From Octopus vulgaris (Eukaryota): a stretch of 64,000 nucleotides of DNA. Under the pieces are notes generated by a model. The model did no database searches, was not told where the DNA came from, and saw only the letters and a program-made list of their open reading frames with translations. The stretch spans positions 6,448,001 to 6,512,000 of the forward strand of contig OX597842.1 of the NCBI GenBank assembly GCA_951406725.2, in the 5' to 3' direction. Made by a program: the position numbers and the translations under genes. How positions within the stretch are numbered: the stretch's first letter is position 1; every line of letters starts with the position of its first letter. Below, one piece after another: positions 37,588-53,236 of the stretch.

Positions 37588-37888
37588 TATGTGCCCTTTT
37601 CAAGCCTAGCCAGGCTCATGGGCCCGGTGTCCCGGTTTCTGTGGTGTATGTGTTCCCCCCAGCTGGACAGGACGCCAGTCCATCGCAGCGTTACTTAAGA
37701 AACAGGAAGAAAGAGAGAAAGTTGGGGCAAAAGAGTACAACAGGGGTCACCACCATACCCTGCCGGAGCCTCGTGGAGCTTTTAGGTGTTTTTGCTCAAT
37801 AAACACGCACAACGCCCGGTCTGGGAATTGAAACCATGATCCTCTGACTGTGAGTCCGCTGCCCTAACCACTGGGCCATTGCGCTTCC
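37588..37888 (-). mobile_element. tRNA-derived SINE with the head of the 1838-2208 copy and a different tail
   Basis: GCGCAATGGCCCAGTGGTTAGGGCAG head; a head-only copy lies at 26688-26845. Confidence 0.78.
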
Positions 37889-38611
37889 ACAAATACTTCT
37901 TAGACTTTGGCTGAATTTTTTGGTGTCCTGTCTGTTACAAAAATGCATTCAGTGGAATCAAATTATTGACCCTGGGAGATGCCAATAATTATGGTGGGGG
38001 GTAAAGGCAGTGAACTAGCAGAATTGTTAGCATGCCAGTCAAAATGCATTTCATCAAAATGCATTTTGTCTGTCTTTATGTTCCGAGTTCAAATTCAGCC
38101 AAGGTCGACTTTGCCTTTCATGCTTTGGGGGTCAATAAAATAAGTATTGTGGTAGTAGTAGCAGTAGCAACTTCTCCTTCATCATCGTCATCATCATCCT
38201 TCATTTTTGGAGATGGTTTGACTCTACGTCACAGAAATAGGCAGCATTTCTTAAAGGAAGCATCAGTTGCAGCTGTGAGGTCATTACTGATTGGTGCTAC
38301 TCGCATCCCCATCAGTTGTGTGCTTCAGAGATTCAAAATAATAAATAAATGATATTTTCTAATATTTATAAATTGTGTTCTTTATTTACAGGTTTTACAT
38401 TTTTTGTCAAAATTTTATAAAATAAATAGTTGCAGACATGGCTGTGTGGTAAGAAGCTTGCTTCCCAACCACATGGTTCCAGGATCAGTCCTACTGCATG
38501 GCACCTTGGGCAAGTGTCTTCTACTATAGCCTCAAGCCGACTAAAGCCTTGTGAGTGGATTTGGTAGACGGAAACTGAAAGAAGCCCGTCGTATATATAT
38601 GTGTACTTCGT

Positions 38612-38812
38612 AAACACCAGTCGCGTTTTTTTTCCCTCTGTTCGCCCACATCGGGATCTTTCTTTCTTCTTTCTTCCTTCTCTTATGTTTCCGACGAAGA
38701 GCTCCGCTCGAAACGTCATACCCTCCTTCTTCCATTTTCCTGAGCGCCTAATAATAATAATACTGTAATTGTTCCACGTGTTGTTGTTTTTTCTGTTTTC
38801 CCGTTTGGATTA

Positions 38813-38815
<3 letters not shown>
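38612..38815 (+). mobile_element. Penelope-like terminal fragment with degenerate hammerhead motif
   Basis: Same ccgacgaagagctccgctcgaaacgt motif at 38691-38716, followed by (TA)n. Confidence 0.5.
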
Positions 38816-38857
<42 letters not shown>

Positions 38858-39167
38858 GTGTGTTTGTGTTTGTTCCCCCATCACTCTTTCTGCAATCATC
38901 ACCCATTCTCTTCTATTCTCCCTCAGTTACAAGGGGGCCATGATAGGCCCCTGTCTTTGCAAGTTAGATGATGTTCACAAGTGCTAGTATCACAAAAAAA
39001 GCACCTAATACACTGTATAGTGGTTGGCAAAAGGAAGGGCATCCAACCGTAGAAATCATGCCAAAGCAGACAATTGGAACCCAGATTCTCTCAATCCATC
39101 CATGCCAGCAAGAAGATCAGGCATTAAATGATGATGATGAGGAGGAGGATGTATGCAAATTACTTTT

Positions 39168-39374
39168 TTTACTCTTTACTCTTTTACTTGTTTTAGTCAT
39201 TTGACTGTGGCCATGCTGGAGCACCGCCTTTAGTCGAGCAAATTGACCCCAGGACTTATTCTTTGTAAGCCTAGTACTTATTCTAATCGGTCTCTTTTGC
39301 CGAACCGCTAAGTAACGGGGACGTAAAGACACCAGCATCGGTTGTTAAATGAAGTTGGGAGGACAAACACACTA

Positions 39375-39438
<64 letters not shown>

Positions 39439-39586
39439 GATGGGTTTCTTTCAGTTTCTGTCAACCAAATCCACTCACAAAGCTTTGGTCGGACCGAGGC
39501 TATAGTAGAAGACACTTGCCCAAGGTGCCACGCAGTGGGACTGAACCCGGAACCATGTGGTTCGTAAGCAAGCTACTTACCACACA
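39168..39586 (-). mobile_element. SINE family A
   Basis: Near full-length match. Confidence 0.9.
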
Positions 39587-40421
39587 TCCTATCATCCTCG
39601 TCCATCTTCCATGTTGGCATAGTTTAAACAGTTTGACAGGATCATACTTCAGTGCCCACTTTAGCATGGCTTCTAAAGTTTGATGCCCTTCTAAACACCA
39701 ATCTAATACAATTATTACTCAACATATTCTTCCCAGCTTTTTTTCTGTTTTGTTTCTTTTCTTATTCAGGGTGGTAGCGTATATTAGAAGGTGCATGGCT
39801 CAGAGGTTAGAGAGTCAGGCCCACAATCATGAGGTAGTGAGTTCAACTCCCAGGCCGAGCTATGTGTTGTGTTCTTCAGCATGGCATTTTATTAACATTG
39901 CTCCAGTTCACTCAGTTGTAGAAATGAGCTGCGACGTCACTGGTGCCAAGCTGTATCGGCCCCTTTGCCTTTCTCTTGGATAACATCAGTGGCATGGAGA
40001 AGGAATGCATGGGTGACTGTTGGTCTTCCATGAACAAATTTGCCCAGACTTGTGCCTCAGAGGGTAACATTCTAGGTGCAATCCCATGGTCATTCATGAC
40101 TGAAGGGGTCCTTACCTATTACCCTATGTACATATAATGGCATGGAGAGGAGAGATTGGTATGCATGGGCAACTGCTGGACTTCCATAAACAACCTTGCC
40201 TGGGCTTGAGCCTTGGAGGGTAAATTTCTAGGTGCAATCTCATGGTCATTCATGACTGAAGGGGGTTTTTACCCTTTATTAGTGTATAATTTATGGAAGA
40301 TTTGGCTGTTATTTCTTACCAAGATTTTGGGGGTTCACACAACAAAATAGTAAAGTGGGCATCCTCAATAGTGTTTTAAGGGCCCCTGAAAAAATTTTGC
40401 TTTAGATGTACATATTGGCAT

Positions 40422-40650
40422 ACAGGGTTGGTCAAAAGTCACCTGACACTAAATCAAAATTCCATAATTATTATCTGTGATTCTGTGCTGACTTGAATGG
40501 GGAAATATATCACTCAAGAAGGACTTCAGTTTGAATAATTTTCATGATGTTTCATGTTTAAATGCTTTTATTAAATTCATTCAATTGTTTAACATAAATA
40601 AATCTTGGAATTAAATGGTTTTGATTTACTGTTGGGTGATTTTTGGCTAA
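40422..40650. mobile_element. Small Tc1/mariner-like MITE
   Basis: tacagggttggtcaaaagtcacc ... ggtgatttttggctaa degenerate inverted ends. Confidence 0.45.
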
Positions 40651-41589
40651 GAAAGTTTCTTTCTCTGATGTTTTATGTAATTCAACCCACAAGAGTTAAT
40701 ATGTGAAAAAATAAAACAGAAATGTCCATAAAACTCGTTTTTACACATTAAATGGCTAGTTGGGGTGGGAGGAGGCACTGGAATAAAATAGCAATCAAAG
40801 GGGGCCATAGATAAAAAAAATGGCTGAGAACCCCTGAAGGGATTCCTTGTTTCAATTTTTTTTATTTCTAAATTTCAAAAATATTTTCCTAAAAAGAAAG
40901 TGAAAGATGTATGTACATGCATATGAAATGGACGTGTGTGAAAGAGAGGGAGATGAAGGGGTGTGTTGTCATGTATACGTACATACATCTTTCTTGTATG
41001 TACATGTGCATGTGTGTGAGAGAGAGAGTGAGTGAGTGAACATGTGTTGTTCTCATGTATGTGTAAATGACACTCTCTCTCTCTCTCCTTCCCTCTCTCT
41101 CTTTCACACATCTATTTCATATACACGTTCATACATCTTTCACTTTAAAACAAAAGTAAATAATAAAAAAATAAATAAATAAACAAAACCAGCTGATCTG
41201 GATAACAGTTCTGAAAGATCGCCCCAAGGGAATACCATTACAAAACACTTTTTCAAGTGCATTCAACGTATCTCAGCTCCAAAGATTTGGGTGCTATTTC
41301 TAGCAACCCAGTATATTGCAAGAAACAGCTAAGTTTCTCGTCTGCCCAGTTGACTGAAACCAGTCTTCAAATGCTAAGGTCAGGCAAACCCTGATTTATT
41401 CCCTGAGGGTTTTAGACCTGTCAGCTAACCTCACCTAGTTTAGCTGGCCTGTTGAAGACTTTGCCCAGGGTGTGGCTGCTGTTGCATGCAAACAGTTAGG
41501 AGGAGCTATAGGTGAGAGCTGGGAGTCAAGTGGGTACCAAGCCTAAAAGTGCGACAATCCCCCAATTAGAAAATAGAAATATAAATATA

Positions 41590-42845
<1,256 letters not shown>

Positions 42846-43470
42846 AAAGCAAATATTCATGAATATATATTTTGTTAATGCTTATTTACTCTTTTGCTGT
42901 TGTGTGGCCTCCCCAAAAATCTCATATGGGCCCCAGTTAAGAACCACTGCTCTACATGGTGCTTGTTCTGCAAGAAATAACAGCCAAATCTTACATAAAA
43001 TATACACTTCACTCATGAATGACTATGGGATTGCATCTAGAAAGTTACCCTCTGAGGCACAAGTCTGGGCAAGGTTGTTTATGGAAGACCAGCAGTTGCC
43101 CATGCATGACCTCACCTCTCCATGCTACCAGTGTTATCCAAGGGAAAGGGCAAAGGGGCCGATACAGCTTGGCACCAGTGACGTCACAACTCATTTCTAC
43201 AGCTGAGTGAACTGGAGCAACGTGAAATAAAGTGTCTTGCTCAAGAACACAACACGCAGGTCAGCCTGGGAATTGAACTCACAACCGCATGACTGGGAGC
43301 CCGGCTCTCTAACCTCTGAGCCATGCACCTTCTAATATATACTACCACCTTGAATAAAAAAAAAAAAAAACAGAAAAAAAAAGCTGAGAAGAATATGTTG
43401 GAGTCACTTCACCATAGTTTTATGTGGTCCCAACATATGCCGAACCAATGAATATTGGGCATTATTGATT

Positions 43471-43692
43471 GTAGTAGTAGCAGTAGTAGTAGTAGTAGTA
43501 GTAGCAATATTAATAGTAGTAGTGGCAGTAGTAGTAGTAGTAGCAATAGTAGTAGCAGCAATAGTAGTAATAGTAGCAGTAGTAGTAGTAGTAGTTGTAA
43601 CAGTAGCAGCAGCAGCAGCAGTAGTAGTAGTTGTAACAGTAGTAGTAGCAGCAGCAGCAGTAGTATTAGTAGTAGCAGTAGTAGTAGTAGTC
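43471..43692. repeat. (AGT)n/(AGC)n trinucleotide microsatellite
   Basis: Directly visible. Confidence 0.95.
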
Positions 43693-44047
43693 AATGAAGT
43701 TTACTCAAATTCCTGTTTGGGTAAACAGATTCTTAAAATTGTAGGTATTGAGGAGAGTATTTAAGCAAAGACCAAATGAGCAGCCACTAAAACTAGTTCT
43801 TGCAGGCAACCAGCAGGTGAGATAAGTCACATGTCTCTCTCTCTTTCTCTTGTTGATAAAATGTAATTTGTTAACCAATCTTTTCAATTTCCCCCTCAGA
43901 TCCCACCAGCTTCATTAAAAGGAAATCCCAATGATTCTGGAATCTGCAATTACATATTCTTTTATTTGTTTCAGTCATTTGACTGTGGCCTTGCTGGAGC
44001 ACCACCTTCATGAGTTTTAGTCAAACAAATCAACCACAGGACTTATA

Positions 44048-44602
44048 TTGGGTTGTCCGGAAAGTTCATGCCGATTTATAGTAGCTTACCTTTCGACATG
44101 GTTGAGTCCATAAAATAGGATTTGATTACACCTCCATTTAGAGCACAGTTTAAGCTATCTTTTCGTGGAAGAAGGTTTATGTTCCTATAACCTGTGTTAA
44201 TTCTGTAACCCTTTAAAATGGAAGATAAGAAAAGTTCATTTTCAGCACTTGATGCTTTGGGAACCAGACAAAAATTGCTGCAGCTCGGCTGGGATGTGTT
44301 ACCCCACCCTTCATATTCACTAGATATTGCTCCTTCGGATTTCCAATTATTCAGGTCTCTGCAGAATAGTCTTAATGGTAACAATTTCAATTCCGTGGAT
44401 GAGGTAAAAAGATACCTTGATGAATTCTTTGCCATGAAACCACCTCAGTTCTGGGAAGAGGGTATTTTCAAATTAAAGGAAAGATGGAGATGCATTGTGC
44501 AACAAAATGGTTCATATTTGGTTGATTAAAAATGTAATGGCAAGTATTTATTGACCTTTTTCTTTCCTTCAAAAATCGACACAAACTTTCCGAACAACCC
44601 AA
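44048..44602 (+). mobile_element. Non-autonomous mariner deletion derivative, same family
   Basis: Same TIRs; LGWDVLPHPSYSLDIAPSDFQLFRSL. Confidence 0.92.
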
Positions 44603-44689
44603 CATTTTGAAGGGCCTTAAGATTTACTCAGCAAATAATAAGGTCCTAGTAAGCAAGAAAACAGACAGAATCTTACTCCCATCAGGTAT

Positions 44690-45712
44690 TCCTGCTCATT
44701 ATGTGTGAAATGTGTAGGCAGGAATTCCATGTGGTGTACCCAGTGTAAGCCTTGCAGTGGAATAATGGGAATGTTATCAGAAAGCAGTATATGTAGATAG
44801 AAGATGCACAAGAACCTTAAAGTGATTTTGTCAAATGCTCTGGAGGCTCTTTGGAGGTAAAGGAAGACTGTATGAGGCATGTGTACAAACAGCAATGCTA
44901 AATGGCAGTGAGACATGGGCTCTGAATGCAGAGGATGTATGAAGCCTAGAGAGGAATGAAGGTGGTATGCTCTCCTGAATGTGCAATGTCAGTGTACATG
45001 TGTGACGAAACACTACTGCTTCGGAGAGAGAAGTTGAGCATTAAGAGGAATTAGATGCAGAGTGCAAGAGAGAAGACTGTTTTGGTTTGGTTGTGAGATG
45101 CATATGAATGTGCGAAATTGCATAAAGAAGTGCCAATCACTTGAAGGGGATGGATGCTGTGGAAGAGGGAGACCCAGGAAGACATGGAATGAAGTACTGA
45201 AAGCTGATCTCAGGACACTGATCTTTATGAAGGAGATGATTAAGGACTGAGGTATCTTATTTCTTTATTGCCCACAAGGGGCTAAACATAGAGGGGACAA
45301 ACAAGGACAGACAAACGGATTAAGTCGATTAGATCGACCCCAGTGCGTAACTGGTACTTAATTTATTGACCCTGAAAGGATGAAAGCAAAGTCGACCTTG
45401 GCGGAATTTGAACTCATAAAGTAACAGCAGACTAAATACCTGTTTCTTTACTACCCTCAAGGGGCTAAACACAGAGGAGACAAACAAGGACAGACAGATG
45501 GATTAAGTCAATTATATCGACACCAGTGCACAACTGGTACTTATTTAATCGACCCCAAAAAGCAAAGTCGACCTCGGGGGAATTTGAACTCAGAACGTAA
45601 CAGCAGATGAAACACGGCTACACATTCCACCCGGCGTACTAATGTTTCTGCCAGCTCGCCACCTGAGGTATCTGGCATCTTGCTGTACTCAAGAAGACCC
45701 ATCCTAATACAT
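44690..45712 (+). mobile_element. RTE-like LINE 3' remnant with nested SINE
   Basis: SETW, RRL.WFG and GRGRPRKTW motifs; the sequence resumes after the SINE at 45663. Confidence 0.75.
45258..45662 (-). mobile_element. SINE family B dimer
   Basis: 11-bp TSD ctgaggtatct. Confidence 0.87.
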
Positions 45713-46990
45713 ACTGTAACCCCTGCCCTGAGCCTCTCCTATATTCTACTCCATCATTTATCTCAGGCATCTCTATTCTACCTATCCACCTAGGGCCAGC
45801 CTTAGCTGATGCAGGGCCCAACTGGGTGAGGTAAGGGAAGAATTTCTGAGGGTCCACTCTACCCCACCTCACTCCGATTTTTGTGGAAAAAATATCATCT
45901 GCAGCATATTAAGAAATAAGATTACTTGATAGCACAAGAAAAAAAAAACTAAGATAAAACATTATTTCCCTAGTTCCCAAAATTGAGTTGGGTGTTCAAC
46001 TGTAAATTTACCAAAAATTTTCACCATCAGTAAGTGAAACTACATCTAAACTATGCTTTTTAAAAATATTCTTGGCAAAATTGGAAAGAAATTTAACAAG
46101 ATCTCAAAGAAACTTCTATCTATTGCATGATGTTACGCTAAAAGAGATATACATAAAATGCAAATTAATAATTTGAATTTTTTGGAAGCTGGTTCTATAC
46201 TTACCTTTTGTGTTGTTTTTTCTATAATCCTGTTGCAGAAAACACAGTCCTGTCTGTGTAACAAGAAGCCTGTTTCTTAGCTAAATGGCTTTGGGTTTAG
46301 CACCATTGTGTGACACCAAATGTCTCCAACTATAGCCCCATGTGTGTGTAACGGGAGGGGTGAGGTAAATAAAGGAAGGTGGGAGAATGTTGGAAATGGA
46401 TGTAGAGAGGAGAGGTGGATAAAGAGCATTAATATTGGTGGTAGGGTTCAGCTGAGGGGGGAGTGACATTGGCGGTTGGCTGGTTATTTACGGGAGTTGT
46501 GGGGTTAATAAAAGGATGATCAGGACTAATACTGGCTGAATCTGATGGTGGAAGGGGTTGGGGAGAGATAGGGGGATACGAGTTAACCTCCCTAGAATGT
46601 GGTGGGAGCAAGAGGATGAAGGCTGGTATGGTGTGATGAAATTGTTTAACAATGCTGGTCTCATGGTTTCTCGTTGTATGGCTCAAAAATTTTTCATTTT
46701 ACTTTGTTTTTCCTCCCCTTCAACAGACCGCCAATGCAAAGTGCAACCCCACCATTGTGAAGCAGAAGTGCAATAATAGAAAAATGAGGACATTAAAGCA
46801 TTGAAGAGGAAAAATGAAACTGAAGAATTTGAGGTTTACCGAAATTCAACAGCAGAAAAAAGTAAAGAAATAAACACAAAGACACAAAAAGCAACAGAAG
46901 AAAATTACAAAAAAAGAGAGGAAAAAAAAAGGATTAGTGTGGGGAAAAGGAATAAAAATTACAAAAATTATAGAATACAAAAGCAATGTA

Positions 46991-47559
46991 TTGGGTTGTC
47001 CGGAAAGTTCATGCCGATTTTTAAAGGAAAGAAAAAGGTCAATAAGTACTTGCCATTACATTTTTAATCAACCAAATATGAATCATTTTCTTGCACAATG
47101 CATCTCCATCTTTCCGTTAACTTGAAAATACACCTCTTCCCAGAATTGAGGTGGTTTCATGGCAAACAATTCATCAAGGTATCTTTTTATGTCATCTAAG
47201 GAATTGAAATTGTTACCATTAAGACTATTCTGCAGAGACCTGAATAAGTGGAAATCCGAAGGAGCAATATCTGGTGAATATGGAGGGAAGGGGTAACACC
47301 TCCCAGCCGAGCTGCAGCAATTTTTGTTTGGTTCCCAAAGCATCAAGTGCCGAAAATGAACTTTCTTATCTTCCATTTTAAAGGGTTACAGAATTAACAC
47401 AGGTTATCGGAACATAAACCTTCTCCCTTGAAAAGATAGCTTAAACTGTGCTCTAAATGGAGGTGTAGTCAAATCCTATTTTATGGACTCAACTATATTT
47501 CTAAAATAAGTCGAAAGGTAAGCTACAATAAATCGGCACAAACTTTCCGGACAACCCAA
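46991..47559 (-). mobile_element. Non-autonomous mariner deletion derivative, near-identical to 30663-31230
   Basis: Same TIRs and TA flanks; essentially identical predicted peptide. Confidence 0.93.
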
Positions 47560-47746
47560 TATAAGCATGGACATTTACAAGCGTCACATTAGTTCTTTTT
47601 AAAACTGTTTCTTACTCTCACTCCAACCTCTGTGCTTGCAGCTCTCACCTCGGGATTTAGGCTAATCTTTGCAGCGTTTGCAAAAGATGGCAACGGAGAA
47701 TAATTTTCATCATCATTGTCAACATCAATATTATTATTATTATTAA

Positions 47747-48139
47747 CTAGCAGTATCGCCCGACGTTGCTCGGGTTTGTAAGGGAAATAACTATATAAGC
47801 ATTTTTAGAGATGTAAAGTATAATAGCCATCTCAATATGGCTAACCACAAAGGGGGGGTGTTACTGTAGCTTTTTACGTTCTGAGATTTAATAATAAATT
47901 TTTAGAGAGTTACTTCCCTTATATATGCCAAAAATGCATTAAAAATGGGAAAAATTGATGGTAAATTTTTTTTAAATCGTAGACTCATCGTAGATGCGCG
48001 CTGATACCCAGAAGGGCTCGATATGAATGACGACTATAAGATACCCAGTTTTGGTTAAACTGCACCGCAAAATGTGGGAGTAGTTAGGAATCTAAATTGT
48101 AGGAGACAGACAGCACACAACCTCTCTTATATATAAAGA
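47747..48139 (-). mobile_element. Non-autonomous Helitron
   Basis: Minus strand begins TC and ends CTAG, with a cccgagcaacgtcggg hairpin about 12 nt from the 3' end. It is inserted between A and T with no TSD. Confidence 0.8.
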
Positions 48140-49770
48140 TTTAAATACTGTGTGATTGGTGTTTGTTTAGTTTGTGAGTGACTTGTATAAACAGGGAGTG
48201 TGTATATGTGTATAGATGGAAATGTGTATGTGATTTGTACTTGTACTTATAGCACTCTTTTATAAAACCAAGGGAGACCCTAGATCTTCAAACAGAAACA
48301 GGTGACCCTAACTGAACCACCACAAAAACTGACGACCTCAAATGCACTTTCGTAATAACTATTCAAGCTCGAAACGTTGTGTTAACAACAAACAAGATGA
48401 GGACAAATATCCATCAAATGTAAATAATGTAAGATAACTAGAACCGCTATCTTCCACACATACAAGTTTGTCTTTTCAGGTGCCAGTGTGTAGTAGTAGT
48501 AGTACAGAAAGGATGGAGAGCAGCAATATAACCAAACTGCATGAGAAACAAGGATGTGATGTGCGGGTTGGTTGGGTAGAAGAATAGAAAGCCTAAGAGA
48601 GAGAGAGGAGGAGGGGAGAATTAAAATGAAACATAAGCGTGTTGTGGTTTATGAGCAAATTACTTGCAGGGCAGAAAGCATAGTAGACAGTATGAAATCA
48701 TCATCATCATTTAATGACTGTTGTCCATAGTAGCATGGGTTGGATGGTGTGACCAGAGCTGGCAAGGCAGGGGGCGACACCAGACTCCAGTCTGATTTGA
48801 CTTGGTTTCTATGGCTGGATGCCCTTCCTAACACCAACCACTTTACCGAGAGTACTGGGTGCTTTTACATGCCCCCCCCCCCCCCTCCCACGGATGCTTT
48901 ATTCACATTGTTTTGAATTAGTCATCTTATAGCCTTGGGATTTCAATGACGTGATTTTTTTTTCTCTAGTTTCAGCTCAGAGCTGTGGCCATGCTGAGGC
49001 ACCACCATTAGTAGATATATATATATATATGTCGGAGACCCCTTTCGGTCACGAATGACCATGGGATTGCACCTAGAAGTTTACCCTCCCAGGCACAAGT
49101 CCAGGCAAGGTTGTTTATGGAAGAGCAGCAGTCTCCCATGCATACCAGCCTCCCCACTCCACACCAATGTTGTTGTCTAAGGGAAAGGCAAAGGGGCCGA
49201 TACAGCTTGGCACCAGTGACGCTGCAACTTATTTCTACAGCTGAGTGAACTGGAGCAACGGAAATAAAGTGTCTTGCTCAAGAACACAACACACAGCTCG
49301 GTCCGGGATTCAAACTCACAACCTCATGGTCATAAGTTCGACGCTCTAACCACTGAGCCATACACCTTCAGGTCAGGTCTGACTTCTCACATCTACCCTA
49401 CAATGACATTGTAAGAAGCCAGACCTGGCCAATTTGAATATAAAACAGGTAAGATATTTAGGTCAGACATGGCACAATTGCTAATCACTTGGCATTCAGT
49501 TGTAATGCTTATTTATCTACATTGTTTTGAAATGTGTAAACAAAAGAGTGACAAACTTGGAAGGAGTGTCCTGATTCTGTAATGCTAATAAGGCAAGAAA
49601 GAATAGGTGCATATAAAAAAGCAGTTGATCATTTGTAATGGTCTATGTATACAAAAGCTGGTGGCTTCTGAAAAGGTTGCGTGTGCAGGCTTCCATATTT
49701 TCATCCATGTAGTTTTTGCTGGATGGCTGGTGAAATGTGTTTGCAGGCTTCTATGGTCTCCTTTCTTGTT

Positions 49771-49772
<2 letters not shown>

Positions 49773-49853
<81 letters not shown>

Positions 49854-49866
49854 TCTCTCTCTCTCT
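49773..49866. repeat. (CT)n microsatellite
   Basis: Directly visible. Confidence 0.97.
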
Positions 49867-51021
49867 GGCTGGACAACAGCAAGACACCTGTTTCTGCCTT
49901 TGTTTCTCTGTCATACTCTAACCTTTCATCATCAGAGACAAGATCACCTCCTCCAAAGTCCTCTCCCCTCTCAAAGATTCCTTGTCTTGCAAAGTTATTT
50001 GGTGACCCTGCCAGTGTTGGTGCCACTTAAAAAGCATCCAGTCTACACTGTAAATTGGCTGGCATTTGGAAAGGCATCCAGCTGTAAAAATCTTGTCAAA
50101 ACTGACTCCACCTGTACTAGTGCCATGTAAAAAGTTCTCAGCCCACTCTGTTGGTGTTAAGAAGGGCATCCAACCATAAAAACCATGCCAAAACAGACAC
50201 AGAAGTTTAAATGATGATGATGATGATGACAGCTATTTGTTTTCTAAATGTTCTGGAACTTCAGTTTCTCCCGCTATGCATTGTAGTGGAGTGCATCACA
50301 GTGGCACATTTACGCCATTAGTGGAGTGCATTCTGACACATTTACTCATGCATCTTTGCAGAGTCACATCTGTACCACTGCATGTACACATGTACACCTC
50401 CAAACTTCAACACCTACATTTCTGCACATCCAAGCATGTGCCACTGCACATGCATGCTTACACCTCCACTCTGTCATGCATGCACCACAGCACATACATG
50501 CATGCCCTCTGGGCATCCACATGTGCACCATCACACATTCAATCCCCATACACATGCGTCTGTACAGAGGTGGTCGCATGGCTGTAGGGAAGCATGGCTG
50601 TAGGTGGTCGCATGGCTAGCATAGAAGTGCAGAAGCACATGCGTGAATATGAGGTGCTGTATGCCTGAGTGTGTGGTGATGCACGCACGAGTGTGCTGTG
50701 GTGCATGCATGAATGTGTTGTGGTAGACGTATGATAGCACACTCATGCATGTGTAGTGGCATGTGAGTGGATATGCAAAGGTGCATGCACAAGCATGAAT
50801 GTTTGGAGGTGCACACATACATGCAGTGACACAGGTTTGTGTGTGCTAATCCGCTAGTATAGAGGCACTGAGGCACATTGTTGAATGTGTAGCGGCACAA
50901 GCAGTCAGCACCATATTGGATGAGATCTCCCAGCAGCCATTGCCATCTCAAAGATTGGAGCGAGACCTCACCTGCATCCATTTGCCATGTGCAAGATCAC
51001 AGCGAGGCTCGTTGTGGAGAA

Positions 51022-51462
51022 AACTGGCAGAAACATTACGTCGTTACGTTCTGAGGTCAAATTCCGCCGAGGTCGACTTTGCCTTTCATCCTTTTGGGGT
51101 CGATAAATTAAGTACCAGTTACGCACTGGGGTCGATGTAATCAACTTAATACCTATTTCTTTACTACCCACAAGGGGCTAAACACAGAGAGGACAAACAA
51201 GGACAGACAAACGGATTGAGTTGATTATATCGACCACAGTGTGTAACTGGTACTTAATTTATCGACCCCGAAAGGATGAAAGGCAAAGTCGACCTCGGCA
51301 GAATTTGAACTCAGACAAAATACGGCTACGCATTTCGCCCGGCGTGCTAACGTTTCTGCCAGCTCGCCGCCTTATAAGTTGCGAGCTCACCATAGGTATT
51401 AATCGACTTAATACCTATGTCTGTCCCCTCTGTGTTTAGCCCCTTGTGGGTAGTAAAGAAAT
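51022..51462. mobile_element. SINE family B: plus-strand copy split by a minus-strand copy
   Basis: Plus 51022-51150, minus 51150-51372, plus tail resuming at about 51400-51462. Confidence 0.8.
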
Positions 51463-52333
51463 ATATATAAAGGGAAAACCCTCTTCAAATTCCTCTTCTT
51501 CGGCGCCATTACACAGCAGCACTGGCTGAACAGCAACACTGGCAGTGGTTTTCTGCCTGTCTATCTCCAGAGGAAATGCGTCCACACTATCGGAGCTTAA
51601 GATGGCAGCTGAGAGCAGCACACTTCACCTTTCTTGTAAATAAACCAGTTGTAAATAGCATTTGCATTTGAAGTCTTTCCTCTTCACCTACCAGAAGATT
51701 GAACTACATAAAGAACAAGAAAAAAGATGATTGAAGGAGACGATATTCCCCTGATATAGTAAACCTTGCCTTCCATTATTAAAAATGTGTGGTGGGGCAT
51801 GCGTGGATGTGCGGTGACGCACATTATGACGTACAGAGGTGTATGCATGGATGGAGGGAAGCACACACGTGGATGTGAGGTGGCACATGTGTGGAGGCAT
51901 GAACATGGAAGCGTCGTGGTGCACGTGTGGATGTTTGGAGAGTCACGCGTGAATGTGTGCAGGTGCAAGCGTGACTGTGTGACAATGCGCAGTTGGATGT
52001 GCGGTGGCACAGGAGTGGATGTACAGAGGGGCATACGTGAATGTGTCATAGCGTACGCATGGCTGTGTGGAAGCGCACGAGTGGATACGCGGGGTTACAG
52101 CTGTTGATGTGTGAAGGCGCACATGTGACTGTGTGGTGAGGCAAGTGTAGATGTGCAGTGTCGTGCCAGTGAATATGTGGTGGTGCACGCGTGGCTGTAC
52201 CGAGACGCATGCTTGATAACCATTATTACTTTGTTGAGAACCACAATTTAGTGGTTCTGCAAAAGTGTCCAGGATCTTTTCCTTTTGAATGGCAGTTTTC
52301 AACACAATTTCTAGTTAACTAAGCACTTGCCCT

Positions 52334-53236
52334 TTGTGCCAATGCGAGTGGAGACTTGAAGATTAAGCCGCTCCTTGTCTACCATTCCGAAACCCCACGA
52401 GCACAAAATCCTGATAGAGAAGCTGCAGGTCATGTGCAGTGCAAACATCAAGATTTTGTAAAGGAACAGTCTGGAACAGGTTGGGTCTTTTGCACTGTTT
52501 GGGTGCAACACAATTTCCTTCTTTGTTTCCAAAAACTACCAGCGTCAGGAACAAGGAAGCAACCTTAGAAAATATGACACTTTATTTCGTTATTTACATA
52601 AAGAAGACACGTTAGTAAATTGGTAACCATTTGGTGTAGGTACAGCAAGACTGAAGTTAAACATTTGTAAAGATAAACCTCACAACAACTCCAGCAGCAA
52701 CAGAGCCGGTCAAATCCCAAGTGTCTGGGACAGGAGAATAGGCTGATAACACGTTAAACACGTCTTCTCTCTTCAACGAACGCCCTAGAAGTCTCGTTCC
52801 CAGTTTTTAGCGCATGTGAATTAGGGAACTTCCTTAGGCCTTTCCAGATGGTTCCAGCCCTGCACACGCACACTGAAGAATGACGTCACTACAATTTCGA
52901 CATGCAGTGGCGAAAACCACAAAGATCCAAAAAGTACTTTCTATAGAAAGATTTTCCTCTCAAGGCCCTCATCCTTGACAGTGCTCCAGCTCATCCGCCT
53001 AACCTGGAAGTTCTGTACCTTTTAGGCAACACCACCCCTATCTTGCAGCCCAAACTCATGTTTCATGTACACCAAACTCATGCTTCGTCGGTGCTTTGAA
53101 GTTATTGAAAATACAAGTTCAACCCTTCGTGAGCTTTGGAAGGAGCACTACAACATTGTTAACTGCCTGAAAATCATCGATATGACCTGGCAGGGTGTAA
53201 TGAAGAGAACATTGAATTCTGCATGGTGGAAGCTGT
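52334..53236 (+). mobile_element. Tigger/pogo DDE transposase remnant
   Basis: CANASGDLKIKPLLVYHSETPRA, LILDSAPAHP, NTTPILQP and LNSAWWKL motifs; interrupted internally. Confidence 0.85.

Noticed and set aside
43404-43764. Poly-Thr/Ser/Val ORFs
   Set aside because: Translations of an (AGT)n/(AGC)n microsatellite.
46198-46260. Minus-strand donor AAG|GTAAGT at about 46207
   Set aside because: An isolated signal with no recognisable coding exon or partner exons.
48330-48380. CTGACGA...CGAAACGT
   Set aside because: No pairing stem II between the two core halves.
51436-51621. Minus-strand ORF with an acidic stretch
   Set aside because: Short, no recognisable domain, no convincing splice sites, and it ends in a SINE.
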